DNA of 64,000 bases, from NCBI GenBank assembly GCA_009859145.1, contig VRVR01000001.1, positions 371,393 to 435,392 of the forward strand, in the 5' to 3' direction. Both the position numbers and the translations under genes were made by a program. This DNA is from Andalucia godoyi And28 (Eukaryota; Protista; Jakobida). Shown piece by piece: positions 34,101 to 44,971 of the stretch. The notes under the pieces are model-generated. The model worked only from the letters and a program-made list of their open reading frames with translations. It did not search any database and was not told the origin of the DNA. Every line of letters begins with the position of its first letter. Position 1 is the stretch's first letter.

Positions 34101-37100
34101 CGACAGTTCCGGTTTCTCGATCGATACCCTGTTGAGCGCGAACGCCGACACAGAACCCTTCATCCGATCGATAACAGACGGCGGAAAATCGTACATCATC
34201 CATTCCGCTTGAGACGCCGGAAACACGATCTTTTCAAGGACGCTGGGCTTGCCGGACGCGTCCAAGCTCGCAGCATCTTCTGCAAATTGGTTCAGAAAAC
34301 GTGACGTTGTCTCAAACAACTTGGCGTAACAACGGACCGCGAGTTGGGAGAAGCGGACTCTGTCACGATAATCCTTCGCAAGAAGCGCTAGCAACACGTA
34401 TGTCCGTGAAAGAAGCTCCAGATTCTTGCAGCTTAGGCCCAATTCCTCTTCGATACTTGCTGCAAGCTCTTTCAGAAGCACACTCCGCTTTGAACTGCGC
34501 ATGGAGGACTTGGACAACTTCGAAGACGCCCGGGAGCTGGACCCGGACAATTTGGAGATTTTTGACGCGCCAGACATTCGAGAGCGCTTTGAAATCACAG
34601 AGCGAGAGTCACCATGGGGAGATTGCGCACCATCTCCTGCGTCGGAAGAGTCCTTGTCGAGCAAAGTATCTGCACAGTACAGCAGCAAATCAATGGTGTC
34701 TGCAATTGGATAATTCTGGAAGAAACACCACGTTGCGTACTCGACAATAAACTCTACCTTTGCAATCGGATCAGGAACTGCCGCGGCCGCCTGGAGGAAT
34801 GCATTCTTTTGTTCAGATACATCCTTCACAATCCCTGCAAATGCAATCCATGCCCTTCCCTGGGTTTCAGCATCGTACTCTTTGACGCGGGCCATCCACC
34901 TCTTGACGGTCGCTTCTGTGGAGCAGCGAATTGCTGCTTCAATAACCTGCTTGTGGAGCTTTCGGGGAACAATTTCAATCGCCTTGTTACACCATTCCAA
35001 ACACTCAGCATCAATGCGCTCCTTGTCCGTTGAGAAGTATCGCTTCTCCCGCAAGGCATCAACCAAAGCCATAAAGCAATCCAACAATATCTGCCCCTTC
35101 GCAGCATCCTTCACGACACGAGGACCAAGGGTGCTGTTGGAAGTAAAGAATGCAAATGCAACGGCACAAATTCTCTCCAGCGAAGGAATGCTAAGCTGTT
35201 TTGTAACCGACGAATTCAATAATGGACTGACCGAACTCAGAAACACACCGAGGACGTCAAGCATAACGGCACTATTGACAAGATCAGACTTTGCAAAGTA
35301 CTCAACGGCAAAGGCAATCTGTTCCAGCGCGTTACATCGCAAAGAATCCTGCGCCTGCTTATCCAAACGATTCGGGTCTATGAGCATAATCAAGCTTTGC
35401 CCCGCAACACGTCGAGCAGTGGCGAACCATCTCCACTTCTTCGAGCTCGCCGACTCCGGTATAGCACTGACAACCCGAAGCGCCAAGTCATATGCGACTC
35501 GGAAAAACTTCCAATACAGGGACTTGGCTGCAATAATGCAACACGCTTCGAGTGGAATCGAAGGCGCTTTCAACGCCACTTCGCACGCCTTCTTGGCAAT
35601 GACCTCTGGCTCCTCAGGCTTGGACCATGGCTGCGACAGCAATTCGGCAAACGAAAACAGAGACTCTTCTGCAGAAGCAGTTTCAAGCGGTTTCTGGCCA
35701 CTCAACCTACGAACGCGTGCTTCAAGACCAATCACTTCTCTTAAGGGCTGTAGGGACGGACGGGAACACTCGAGGAAGCGTTGCTTCCCTTTTAAACAAG
35801 ATTCTAGCGCGGTTTTCAACGACGTGGAATCTGCCGGTTGTTCATAACAGGTGCTAATAGGCCGGTCAGCACAATGTTGGCAGATGAGGCATCGAACATA
35901 GGCTGAAACAATTCTGAGCCAAGTTGCAACAGTCTCTTCGGAAACTGGGCACTTGGAGAGCACTGTTGGGGTAGCAGCTTTGGCATCCTTGTCCTTCTTA
36001 GGATCCTTCTTTGCGTCCAAAGAAGGGGCAGGAATGGATTGGGCGAAGACCTGGTCTACGGAGCTAAAGGCCTTCTGAAACATCGACACCAAATGGCCGC
36101 ACCTAGACGAACTAACTAGCGGAACATAGTGATTCCACACAAACACCGCGCCATTCACGATGCAAGTTTCATCCTTCATTTTGACAGCGAGGTCGAAACC
36201 ATCACTGACAAACGTTTCGACTTCTGCCTGCATAACAGCCACTCGGTGGCGAATCTTCGACGCGAGCTCAACTTCCGCAGGATCCATCGGCTCCAGACCG
36301 GCGTCGTCCGCACCCTGCGTTGCAGATTGCTGAGATGCAGTCCCAAAATCAAAATCGTTCACAGTCAGTTCCCCAAGATCATCTCCCCGCGCAGACAATA
36401 TCCGAGCGTCGGCCATAATAAAACAAGCTCTCACAATGTCCAACATGAGCTCTTTGTGCTTCACAGCATCCCAGGAGCTCTTAGTTTCGCAAAGCAGTGG
36501 ATAAATTGCTTCAATAATGGACGGAAATCGAAAAGCATCCCCCTGCCACCCGATTCTCACCATGTCTGCATACAAATACCCGCGGCGCAGCTTGATGGAG
36601 GTCGTTTCCTCAGGAGTTCGCAACAACTGACCTTGACCAATTTGATATCGTTCCAGTTCCAATCCGTCCTTGAGAATCGCCACCGCTCTCTCGAGAAGCG
36701 ATCGGCGGACATTTGGGAACTTGGCTTCACGAGCCTGATCAACGAGCAATGCAATCTGATCCTCCATTGAAGATGGTGATTTGTAAATATTGGTCCTCAG
36801 TTCCAGAATCAAATCCAGAGGCAGTAAATACCGATCCATTGGGCGCGCCAGGCTGTACGTTTCCTTCGCAGTTTCATCGACAACATAGTCCAGGGCCAGC
36901 GCAATCTTCACTTGTCCAGCTGCTTTAATGAGCGTGTCTGTCGCAATTTCGCATCTAGAAATTTCGTAGTGGAACTTGACACGGAGAAGATGCAATTCAG
37001 ACTCAATGTTATGCAGGACGTTGGCTGCGGCGACAAACGGGCGATAGATGACGGCTCGAGTATTGGGCTGCAAAAGATGCATTCCGATATTCCAGATCCA

Positions 37101-38312
37101 GACGCAAATGTATTCCATAAGAAGGCGATCCGATGACCTTTCCGCTGAAGACAGTGCCTTTTCGAGCTTCTTGAGAGCAGATGACCGCTCATTCACGTTG
37201 GATTCTGACAAGAAATCGTCCAGGTCCACCACAGGAAGAATGGCTTGCACGGCTTCCACGGACGTTCTCGCGGCCAAAGAAGGACAGCGCTTTGCAGCTG
37301 ATTCGACAATCTGCTGCGCTGTGGCTGCGACAACAGAGCCTGGAACAACAAGAGATCGAACAAACTCGCCCATGCTGTCCCAAAAATCTATGGGTATCTT
37401 TGTGAGATCCACGGATTTACCAGCAGGAGTGTTCTCTGCAAGAGTTTTGTTGAAGAGCGCCATGCACTCTGCCAATTCGGAGTCAAGAGACTTTTGGTCT
37501 TTCAGAACTCCCGATCGCAAGCACTGCGCCGCGTAAAACACCTTCAGTGCCGCCGTGGAACATTCGGAGACCTTGAGTTTCGCAACATTCGCTGCGTTCC
37601 CCCTGTTCACTTCAATTGCTGCCCCAACAACATGCTTCTTCATTGCAGGAAGTTGTTTGTTGCACAAATCCAATGCATTTGCCATGGTCTTGATTGCATC
37701 ATCGACTTTGTTGATCTCCACAAACCCGAGTGCCAGACTCATCAAGAGCCGGAGCCTCAAATCTATCCGCGAATCCGCGACTTCCTCGAGATTCTTCACG
37801 GTATCCTGCAACACCTGGCATAGCTTTCCCCGAACCCCAGCAAAGGAGAGCAATCGCGAAACGTTCCAAATGTGAACCGCTCCATTGTATACCAGAAATG
37901 CAAATCGATCCTTCTTCTTGATCGCCAATTCAACACCTTTTCGAATAGAATTCAGTGATAGCAATGTTCTTTCCACAAGCTCTGCTCCCTTCAATGAGGA
38001 GCATGCCAGCGACTCGAGAAGTCCCTTCGCGAAATGTGCGCGCACCAAGTACATGGATTCAGCAGGCCTTGACTCGAGAAATGCGTGAATTGCTGCGAAT
38101 CCGCATGTCGCATCTTTGAGTTCGTACGCACATTCTGCAATCTCCACTAGAGCATCAGGGGAAACGCTGTGAGGAATGCTGCTTCGACAGCCGTAGCGGA
38201 ATACGGACTGCTTCAGTGCAAAATCGTGCGCTTCATGAAGCTTTTCAAGGGACTGCAAGGACCGTGCTTCATCCAGCAAATGCGCAAACGAAATCCGAAT
38301 TGCTTTGAACAT
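31176..38312 (-). CDS. CFAP46: Cilia- and flagella-associated protein 46 (TTC40/FAP46), central-pair TPR-like protein
   Basis: 2378-aa single-exon ORF. SPDALVEIAECA, YLVRAHF, RFAFLVYNGAVHIWNV and LRVKFHYEISRCE..ALALDY match recalled CFAP46 segments; the size is also consistent. Confidence 0.8.
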   Translation of the reverse strand: MFKAIRISFAHLLDEARSLQSLEKLHEAHDFALKQSVFRYGCRSSIPHSVSPDALVEIAECAYELKDATCGFAAIHAFLESRPAESMYLVRAHFAKGLLESLACSSLKGAELVERTLLSLNSIRKGVELAIKKKDRFAFLVYNGAVHIWNVSRLLSFAGVRGKLCQVLQDTVKNLEEVADSRIDLRLRLLMSLALGFVEINKVDDAIKTMANALDLCNKQLPAMKKHVVGAAIEVNRGNAANVAKLKVSECSTAALKVFYAAQCLRSGVLKDQKSLDSELAECMALFNKTLAENTPAGKSVDLTKIPIDFWDSMGEFVRSLVVPGSVVAATAQQIVESAAKRCPSLAARTSVEAVQAILPVVDLDDFLSESNVNERSSALKKLEKALSSAERSSDRLLMEYICVWIWNIGMHLLQPNTRAVIYRPFVAAANVLHNIESELHLLRVKFHYEISRCEIATDTLIKAAGQVKIALALDYVVDETAKETYSLARPMDRYLLPLDLILELRTNIYKSPSSMEDQIALLVDQAREAKFPNVRRSLLERAVAILKDGLELERYQIGQGQLLRTPEETTSIKLRRGYLYADMVRIGWQGDAFRFPSIIEAIYPLLCETKSSWDAVKHKELMLDIVRACFIMADARILSARGDDLGELTVNDFDFGTASQQSATQGADDAGLEPMDPAEVELASKIRHRVAVMQAEVETFVSDGFDLAVKMKDETCIVNGAVFVWNHYVPLVSSSRCGHLVSMFQKAFSSVDQVFAQSIPAPSLDAKKDPKKDKDAKAATPTVLSKCPVSEETVATWLRIVSAYVRCLICQHCADRPISTCYEQPADSTSLKTALESCLKGKQRFLECSRPSLQPLREVIGLEARVRRLSGQKPLETASAEESLFSFAELLSQPWSKPEEPEVIAKKACEVALKAPSIPLEACCIIAAKSLYWKFFRVAYDLALRVVSAIPESASSKKWRWFATARRVAGQSLIMLIDPNRLDKQAQDSLRCNALEQIAFAVEYFAKSDLVNSAVMLDVLGVFLSSVSPLLNSSVTKQLSIPSLERICAVAFAFFTSNSTLGPRVVKDAAKGQILLDCFMALVDALREKRYFSTDKERIDAECLEWCNKAIEIVPRKLHKQVIEAAIRCSTEATVKRWMARVKEYDAETQGRAWIAFAGIVKDVSEQKNAFLQAAAAVPDPIAKVEFIVEYATWCFFQNYPIADTIDLLLYCADTLLDKDSSDAGDGAQSPHGDSRSVISKRSRMSGASKISKLSGSSSRASSKLSKSSMRSSKRSVLLKELAASIEEELGLSCKNLELLSRTYVLLALLAKDYRDRVRFSQLAVRCYAKLFETTSRFLNQFAEDAASLDASGKPSVLEKIVFPASQAEWMMYDFPPSVIDRMKGSVSAFALNRVSIEKPELSLAFVDSLISVLDNTGLWHLEPSLLKFAEFVTDHVMCNADLGCVYKLRKHRLHVSLGFPQSSVVKDDYDKIVSATGLSSRQKKVFFQEVSQFVSLQTVDPMSVIQDAVLNKMRSASPFKQMVLRPLTIREMWLRQAQELLLLGEFSQSKDLATECLRHAKAFGDLDILPQTLYLLSILRKFEGDVDGSVEYLRFGQSLCFGDLSTWCVSVTQLAGSYWQRDDVNGCLCTLRDACRILETFVDRPLNGALDSNLVIAKLSLQLASYLSSILFSKLMTAPLPALAPEIDDIRFYLKAAKTRVGKFGDCIFSFEVDKAMIQFEYQLSMFVRALEKRSILVTLTSVYGTSYAEQMLGLLKTNSIGDLSEVTQSPFSSVVASLLLLIAQVYLDLYVIEQTHKSAIERMETPFFPPATTGQDDTPVREFLKDAMAEEGLKPAVDGHLWQVVLSLSESAAVLCESQTVQAAASLMRGLAVSWRLKFAESDLDDSNRHLLMGRASTDLFSSLKISLAENDMLTASRASLYLAFLDKSAKYFHLALGLRSAWECAGILESLADTDYRDVRLKNAFEFIRQCNGAISDRFHRMKSALPDMWENVRARYLNKSENDFDSLKALVAENTSICACIRPMFEEPFVPISILFRGQSFVDFPDAPADFSRALVAIRASTEAFDGVSVCRLSSQLLAEVFEQVPARIASFSEGLSLKDSCLCVLSQPSMHFVNFDVLDRVLDIPLSAVSRDFSLYLHLSRKESLPKITGVPRNAAFFVVDEFSESHPKDTLSDLFKKEVVGGFASSATKEWKGLYGGVDRIVSNAEFTTLLSNQRCLYRIGYEPLLASVRASHVIGVEMSGLEAVFNLQVESTEKSSERRKKHFTETPLRRRICESQISFAAISSLNGCCAVITTPVPISEKAACSFLRTMIQSSIEEPSRSMPEVLHRKWRKAPETATETGAVRNGVVYFGIPVPGYVDVPEGKAAGKKQ

Positions 38313-38713
38313 TTTCGCAGCCTCTACTTGTTAATTAAACTGTTTGTCTTCCCCGTTCTAGGAGAAGACAGAATGAGCAACTGGAGCAATAAATTCTCCA
38401 GAGACCAGGAGACGAGACCCCTTCGATCACAACCCCTTTAACAAACGGACAGATTTTACGACCGCTCGCTGCGGTGCACTCTGTTTTTCCCATTTCCCAG
38501 TTTCCAACGATTCTCTGAATATTAAAAAACGGAGGGTTATGGTTGTTTTTGCTTTTCATTTTTTTATTGTTCATGATCTTTATAATTACTTTTATATATT
38601 ATTTTGGCATTCCGTCCATCTCTCTGCCTGCGTGTTTGTCTTTCTGTCTTGTCATTCTTGGTTGCATTGCATCAAGACACCCAGAAAACTGACGATCCCC
38701 CCGAATTTGCACC

Positions 38714-39304
38714 ATGTTTTCCCGTGTCGCATCTTCTTTGGCAGCGTTTGCCCGGATGACCGTCCCTGTCTCGATTGTGACAGGCAGTGCTCTCCTGTCC
38801 GTGTCTCTCGCCATGACACCTACATCTTCGACAACGCTGAATGCCGACTCCAAAGAACGCACCTACATCATGTTGAAGCCCGATGCCGTGAACCGCCGTT
38901 TGATCGGAGAAATTCTATCGCGGTTTGAAAAACGCGGATACAACGTTGTTGGACTCAAAGTTCTCACTCCGTCTCGCGAACTTGCAGAGGCACACTATGC
39001 TGAGCATAAAGAACGTCCATTCTTCAAGGGGCTTGTGGACTTTCTGACTTCTGGTCCAGTCGTTGCGATTGTAATCGAGGGGGATAATGCAGTTGCGACT
39101 GCCCGCACTATGATTGGGGTGACAAAGCCCCAGGCGTCGGCTCCAGGAACCATTCGCGGAGACCTGTCTATTGATGTGGGACGCAACATCATTCACGGAT
39201 CGGACTCGGTTGAATCTGCGCGAAGAGAAATCGGCCTGTGGTTCCGACCGGTCGAAATCGTTGACTTTAAGCCCGTCGACCACGCTTGGGTCTACGAAAA
39301 GTAG
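38714..39304 (+). CDS. NDK: Nucleoside diphosphate kinase with N-terminal targeting-like extension
   Basis: [28 protein letters not shown] (catalytic His). The ~45-aa extension has a hydrophobic stretch. Confidence 0.95.
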   Translation: MFSRVASSLAAFARMTVPVSIVTGSALLSVSLAMTPTSSTTLNADSKERTYIMLKPDAVNRRLIGEILSRFEKRGYNVVGLKVLTPSRELAEAHYAEHKERPFFKGLVDFLTSGPVVAIVIEGDNAVATARTMIGVTKPQASAPGTIRGDLSIDVGRNIIHGSDSVESARREIGLWFRPVEIVDFKPVDHAWVYEK

Positions 39305-39334
39305 CCGCCGCACTTCGCGCAACCCTGGACACAT

Positions 39335-39445
39335 AACGCCTACATTGCAAACTGAGTAGGCATGACCATCGCTAGTCATGCCGTAATCAAATGTTGCAAC
39401 CTGGGCCCTGTCGCCATGGACTGGACGGGGGGGGGTAGGTCCCAA
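39335..39445 (-). ncRNA. Putative omegaRNA scaffold (copy 2)
   Basis: TTGGGACCTACCCC..CAGTCCATG..GTTGCAACATTTGATTA, hairpin GGCATGAC-TAGCGATG-GTCATGCC, and CAATGTAGGCGTT, all shared with copy 3. Confidence 0.65.
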
Positions 39446-39850
39446 CGCGTCTCGCGGCGTTCTTAGAATAAATGTTGTTGCGCGCACCCCATTCCAATCG
39501 CGATCAATCCGGCATGAGCACTGTGGACATGCAAACACCCTCCAATGCAGCGTTTCTTCCCTTCTGCCGGCTCATTCCGCACCATACGAGACGTGTCGAA
39601 TTTCGAAAGTAGAATGCAGTCATAACTCCCTCACGCAGCCATTTTACAAGCTTGCGATGCGTATCTGTCGTTAGGCTGCGTATCTGCTGATGTATCCGCA
39701 ATCACGCGCCGCTTGTCGAGTGGGACTTGGTTCTCGTCCCGCACGGCACCCGGCTGTGGAATGGACGCCCCCCCTCTGCGGTAATCCGGCGTCAGAGGGA
39801 TTGCGGCGGAAATGTCATACGTCTTGCGAAGCGTGGCAGGCGGTCCCGTA
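39335..39850 (-). mobile_element. Internally deleted Fanzor2/TnpB-like element (copy 2) with intact right end
   Basis: Minus-strand segments: YDISAAIP...DENQVPLDKRRVIA | RIHQQIRSLTTDTHRKLVKWL / SYDCILLSKFDTSRMVR..KKRCIG | VFACPQCSCRIDRDWNG..FILR..ALGPTP. The RuvC-I (LDPG) and RuvC-II (E..TSKTC) segments are missing at the junctions. Confidence 0.88.
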
Positions 39851-40294
39851 CACTGTCATCGCGTGGAAAATGAAGAAGAAGAAAAAGGATGATGGAAGGA
39901 AGAAAGCGTGAACCGGCTATGGTTGCTGCTTTAAAAACTGTCCCAGAAATCAGTGTCTGAACAATTTGGTTAAACGAACAAATCCGGATTCTCATCTTCG
40001 TTTGCTTGTTGTTGTTTGTTGCGTACGTTCACGCATGTTGCTTTGTTGTCGCCTTTGTGAGAAACGGCACCAGTGCTTGTTGCAGGCTTGCAGCACTACT
40101 GCTGCTCCAGCATCCAGGTCTCCAGCAGCAAGTTGAACCTTTGCATTTTTTCCCTTCTTCACTCTCTTCCTTTGGAACGTCTTCAAAAAAAGAAAACAGA
40201 AGTAAAAATTGCCGGTCGTTCGTGTCGTTCTTATGTTTCTTTCTTTCTTTTCTTTCTTTTTTTGCTGTTCAATCGCAGGAAGAGACCGACAATC

Positions 40295-42359
40295 ATGAAG
40301 GAGCTTCCGTCGTTTCATCTCGGTTCGTTTGCAAATTACTGCGGAGTCCACTTTTTCAATTCGCAGGTATGTTTTGTTGTTCCTTCTCTTTCCTCTGTCG
40401 TTTCCGTCTCTCCTCTGCTCAATTCGGTGACAGAAGGAGAGAAAAGGGCTATCACCACTTGCCACTCTCCGCTTTCTCCCATCCCCATAGTCTGACAATG
40501 CATTTTCAATTCACGCTCACCGTTTATTTTCGTCGTCCGTTCCGAGGGTTTTGCAGTTTGAAGTTGCCCGTGCACAAGACGTGTCTGGTAAATATGTCCT
40601 GGACAACACATTTCTTTTCCGTCCGAGCGTTTCGCTAGATCATTCTACCGTTCTTGTTCCGCGATCTCTGTTTGTAGACCTGAAAGACAATTATGGAGGT
40701 CTTGGTCGCCACGGATGGGTTCCGGAAGTCCATACGGATGCACTGCTGCTTGCCGAATATGGATCGGATTTGCAGATCATACGAGAGGCACAACCGTCCA
40801 AGTCCAGATATGTCCAAGCTCTTGAGGATGCTCTTGCACATGAGCGTGAATTTGAAACTGTCCATGCTGTTGGCGACGCCGAGCATCCAGTGATCGAGCG
40901 CGTTGACTACAATCTGGATGAGGATGTCAAAACGTGGTCGGACTACATGTCGTTCAACCTTGACAAGTTGAACTTGCTCCAGGCAAATTCGTATGCTCCG
41001 CAGTACAACTCATTCTCCCAAGGTCGAATGCTGCTGAGTGCATCGGATTCGTCAACGTTTCTCCTTTCAGATGGTTCGTGGGAAGACAAGGTTCATAAAA
41101 TGCTTGAGGAGTGCGACTATCCCGACGGTTTCGTCTTGTACGTCGATGTTAGCTCTGGCTTCTGTGGATCCGCTGCTGCGTTGCTCAACTTGCTCCGTGA
41201 GAGCTCAAAAGCGTTCCGGCTTGTGATTCCGGTTTCTCAGAGCCAGGACTTGTTCGAATATCCCGATCTTTCAGAGATTCCGGACCCCGCGCACTTTCCG
41301 TATGAGTTTTTCAACCGCTGCTTGACACATCACTCGGTCTTCGACTCTGCCTCCCTCGTGATGCCCATGTCCCTTTCCCAATCGACGATGTTTTCTCATC
41401 TTTGTGGAAACCTTGCGTCGTCTCCGTACACTGCTTCTGCTGTGATTTCGGCTGCTATAGACGTCATCACATCTGGCGTTCGGATGGTCAATCCGGACGG
41501 TCTATCTTTCGGCCAGACGTTCTCCCATCTGCTGTCATCGTCGTCGATGAAATTCAATTCTCTTGGTTTGTGCTTGCCTTTTTCCTTGTCATCAAGGAAG
41601 TCGTTGTGCGACTCGCTTTTCGAATCTCCAGATTGCCATCTCCGTGATGACTTTACAAATCTGACGGCAGAGAATTTCTCTTTCGAGCAAGTTGTCTATG
41701 GATTAAAAAAGGAAAAGCAGTCGACTGCTTGGAAACGAATTGCGGATGAAGATGACGATGAAGGCGATTTCGACGAGTCCATCGGCGGGATTCTGTCGAA
41801 TGTAGATGATCCTGAAATGATGAGGGCCGCCAAATCACGCTTCAATTCTCCTTTTTCTTACTATTCTGTAGCGCGTGGCCTAGGTTCTGTTCCGGGAGTG
41901 AGAATTGCCCACGATGCGGACTACAAGTTCTCTCGAGACATTCAGGAATACTTCTCCGTGGAATGGGCGAGGGCGGAAGACCCTTCGGATTTGTGGGACT
42001 TGTATCATTCCTCCATTTCGACCAGGATTGGAAAAACACACCACTGTGCCACTCCGCTTTTGCTCCCTGTGACGTTTCCGTCTGTTACGAGCCCTTCTCT
42101 GTCCAGTTTCGGAGAAGTTCTTGGTCCAACGACTCTGGACCAGGCGGGTTCGCGTCACGTTTTGTCCATGCCAGCGGCTGCTATGGCTCGATCTGGCAAA
42201 GGAATTGGCTACGGCTTTCGCCAACTTGCGCTCGGTGTGGCGTCGCAGAAACGCCACTGGAACGGCCTTACCAGGTACTTTGTGGACACGGAGGTGGATG
42301 AATGGTCGGAGGTATCGGAATTTTTGTCACGCATGAGCGACATGTACATTGACTCCTAA
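40295..42359 (+). CDS. MSTO1: Misato/DML1 tubulin-like protein, two exons: 40295-40366 and 40557-42359
   Basis: Exon 1 MKELPSFHLGSFANYCGVHFFNSQ is Misato segment II, followed by the GTATGT donor. A TTGCAG acceptor at 40556 joins in phase 0 to an ORF with VPRSLFVDLKD, LEECDYPDGFVLYVD and SGFCG. Confidence 0.85.
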
Positions 42360-42469
42360 AAATAAAATTAAAAATTGATGCATAAATTAAATAGTGATTC
42401 ATCAGCTGAACAGGGGAAATTACAAAACGGCAGTCGCAAAAGGGCGTAGTCCGACATATCATACGCATA

Positions 42470-44390
42470 TCAAGATCGTAAACGCTTACCAACAACGGCT
42501 TCCTCCTCGTACTCTCGAGCGTCACCCCGGTCCCGCTTGCGCCCAGCAACCGTGCTACTCACTGTTGAAACTGGGTGGTGCTGATATACATCCGATTGAC
42601 TGGATGCTTCCGGTGACACAAATGCAGGTCTTCGTCGTGCAGTCGGCTCTTCTACCTCGGTCAGAAGTTCGACCATATCATCTCCCAGCTCAGCACCCGC
42701 CAACTGATCCGGTTCAATGAGAATTCGATGGGAGTTGTGCTGGCCACGAGAGCGTCGGCCGCCCATATAAGAATTGAGCAAATTCCCGTCACCACCATCG
42801 TCAGCGCGAGCTGCCTGCAACAAAAGATGGGTATGGCCACCCGAAGGAGGTGGATGCGGAGAGGATACTAATCGCTGTTGCATTGACAAAAACTGTGCAA
42901 TCTGCATTTGATACTGCATCGCCTGTGGATCCGTATGCAAGTCTCCTGGTTCTGTCAAATCTGGATCGACATTCAGACTGTCGTTGTGTGACGGTAAAAC
43001 ATAGTTCGGAGTGAGGTCTGCACCGTGGGAACCGTGGTGCGAAGCAGAGCTCGACGCAGCACTGGATGGATGCAGGTGGGAAGACTGGTGCGGATGCAGC
43101 ATATGACCTCCTTGGCCGTGAGAATGGGCAGCAGCAGCAGAAGGATGGTGGGTCATCACATGGTGATGGTGATGCACGTGGTGGTGGTGTTGTTGTGGAA
43201 TCAGGTGCGAGGGACCATGAAGCATATTCATATGTTGGCCGGTATTGCCGAGATAATGGGAGCTTGCTGCTTGGGCCGCAAAGTGCGGATTTAACGCTCG
43301 GGAATCGTGGTGAGAAGAAGAGTGCAAAAGCAAGGACGAGGGACCGACAGAATGGCTCGCATGAGACACTCCCGAATGATGCGAATGTGGCGGAGGGTAG
43401 GAGTGACTGTGCACAGACGCCGAGCTGTGGTGGGGAAGATGGTGGGTCTGGTGCAGCTGCGAAGCAGACGGAGACGCAAAATGTCCGTGGTGCGAATGTG
43501 TCAACCCATGGGAGGAGGAGGACGACGACGACGATGACGCCGACGACGAAGAAGCATGAGGAGGCGCATGTCCATTGGAGTTCATCGAAGCAACGGAAGT
43601 AGAAGGCGCAGATGGAGGCGCGAGGGACAGATGCGCGCTGTATTGCGATGGTGAATCGGATCTGCCGTCAGAAACCTGCGCATGCGTTGCTCTCGTCTTC
43701 AATCGCGAGTCAAGAATCATTTCATGTGTTACGTTCTGCGTGATCAAGTCAAGACCATCGACACGTGAACGAAAATCACCGTCGATACGGTTGACTGCAC
43801 ACAGCTTCGTAAAGAACCCCTGAAGAGCAACCACGCGAAATGGACGATACAACGTGGCCCACGATACTCCCAATTCAGACTCTGCATTGCTATCTCGAAG
43901 TCTTTCAATGAAGCGCAAAACATCAAATGCTTCGGGAATGTCGCACGGCAGACGGAAGCTATCCGTGACCACCCAAAAGTCCGGATGCTCTTCTTTGCGC
44001 AATAAGGCCCACTCTGACTGAATGGATCGCACAGACCGGTTCTGAAAGTGCGACGCAAGAACCTTCCAATGAACCTTTTCCTCCACGTATTCGTACCCAG
44101 GCATTTTGTGCTCTACCGTATATCTGTACTGAGGAACCAGTTGTCGAAGTAGCGACTTTTCCTCCTCAGACCACTTTCTTCCTGGTCTCGCGCCTTCACT
44201 GAGTTCGAGCAAAGGAGCGTCGTCCGTTTGAAGCGTAGCCAATGTGGAATACGCAGACAGCGATCCTTGGGCTTGATGGCTCGTATTGTTCAGAGGAGCG
44301 ACTTGCGTAGTGTTTCCATTCGCGGAAACCGCGGAAGAACTGGAAGACACGGAATGGTGACTGTGACCGTGGTTATGGGTGTGGTTGTGA

Positions 44391-44431
<41 letters not shown>

Positions 44432-44971
44432 ACTGTGGGATCCGGACGAAGGACCGGTTTCGAGAATCAACATGGATCCAGCATTCTGGTCGCCCAAGAC
44501 ATCGGAACTGGCATACAGCGGAAGCGAGCCAGAACATCTCATTTTTCTTTCCAGCAACTTCCACTTGTCCTTCACATCCTGATTCAGACGTCCCAGTGAT
44601 TTGCAGATCAACGACCAGTTCCTGCCGTGTTCTGCAACCAATGTGATCAGCTTTTGCTCATCTTCAATTGACCACTTTCCACGTTGACGATCTGGAGCAG
44701 ATATTCTCATGAAGTGCTCATAGATTGACCCAAGAGAGCGGTACGGAAGGTGTTTTTGAACATATGAAAACATTCCTCGCAAAGGAGTGTTCAGCAACTT
44801 CATGCCCGAGGAAGCCAACAGTTGGATTCCGGAATCATACGACATGTTTCGAAACTCCATGTAATCACGCGCCAGCTCAACAATAAGCTCAGATTCCGAA
44901 GGAACAAACTTTCCGCGAACTGCAGCGTGAATCCGGCCTGCGTTCACCACAGGCTGATTTGTCGGATCCAT
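42470..44971 (-). CDS. Myb/SANT-repeat DNA-binding protein, Reb1/TTF1/DMTF1-like, with long His/Ser/Gln-rich regions
   Basis: RGKWSIEDEQKLITLVAEHGRNWSLICKSLGRL..DVKDKWK, RKWSEEEKSLLRQLV, VHWKVLASHFQNRS. First ATG is at 44971 (44989 is TTG). Confidence 0.8.
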
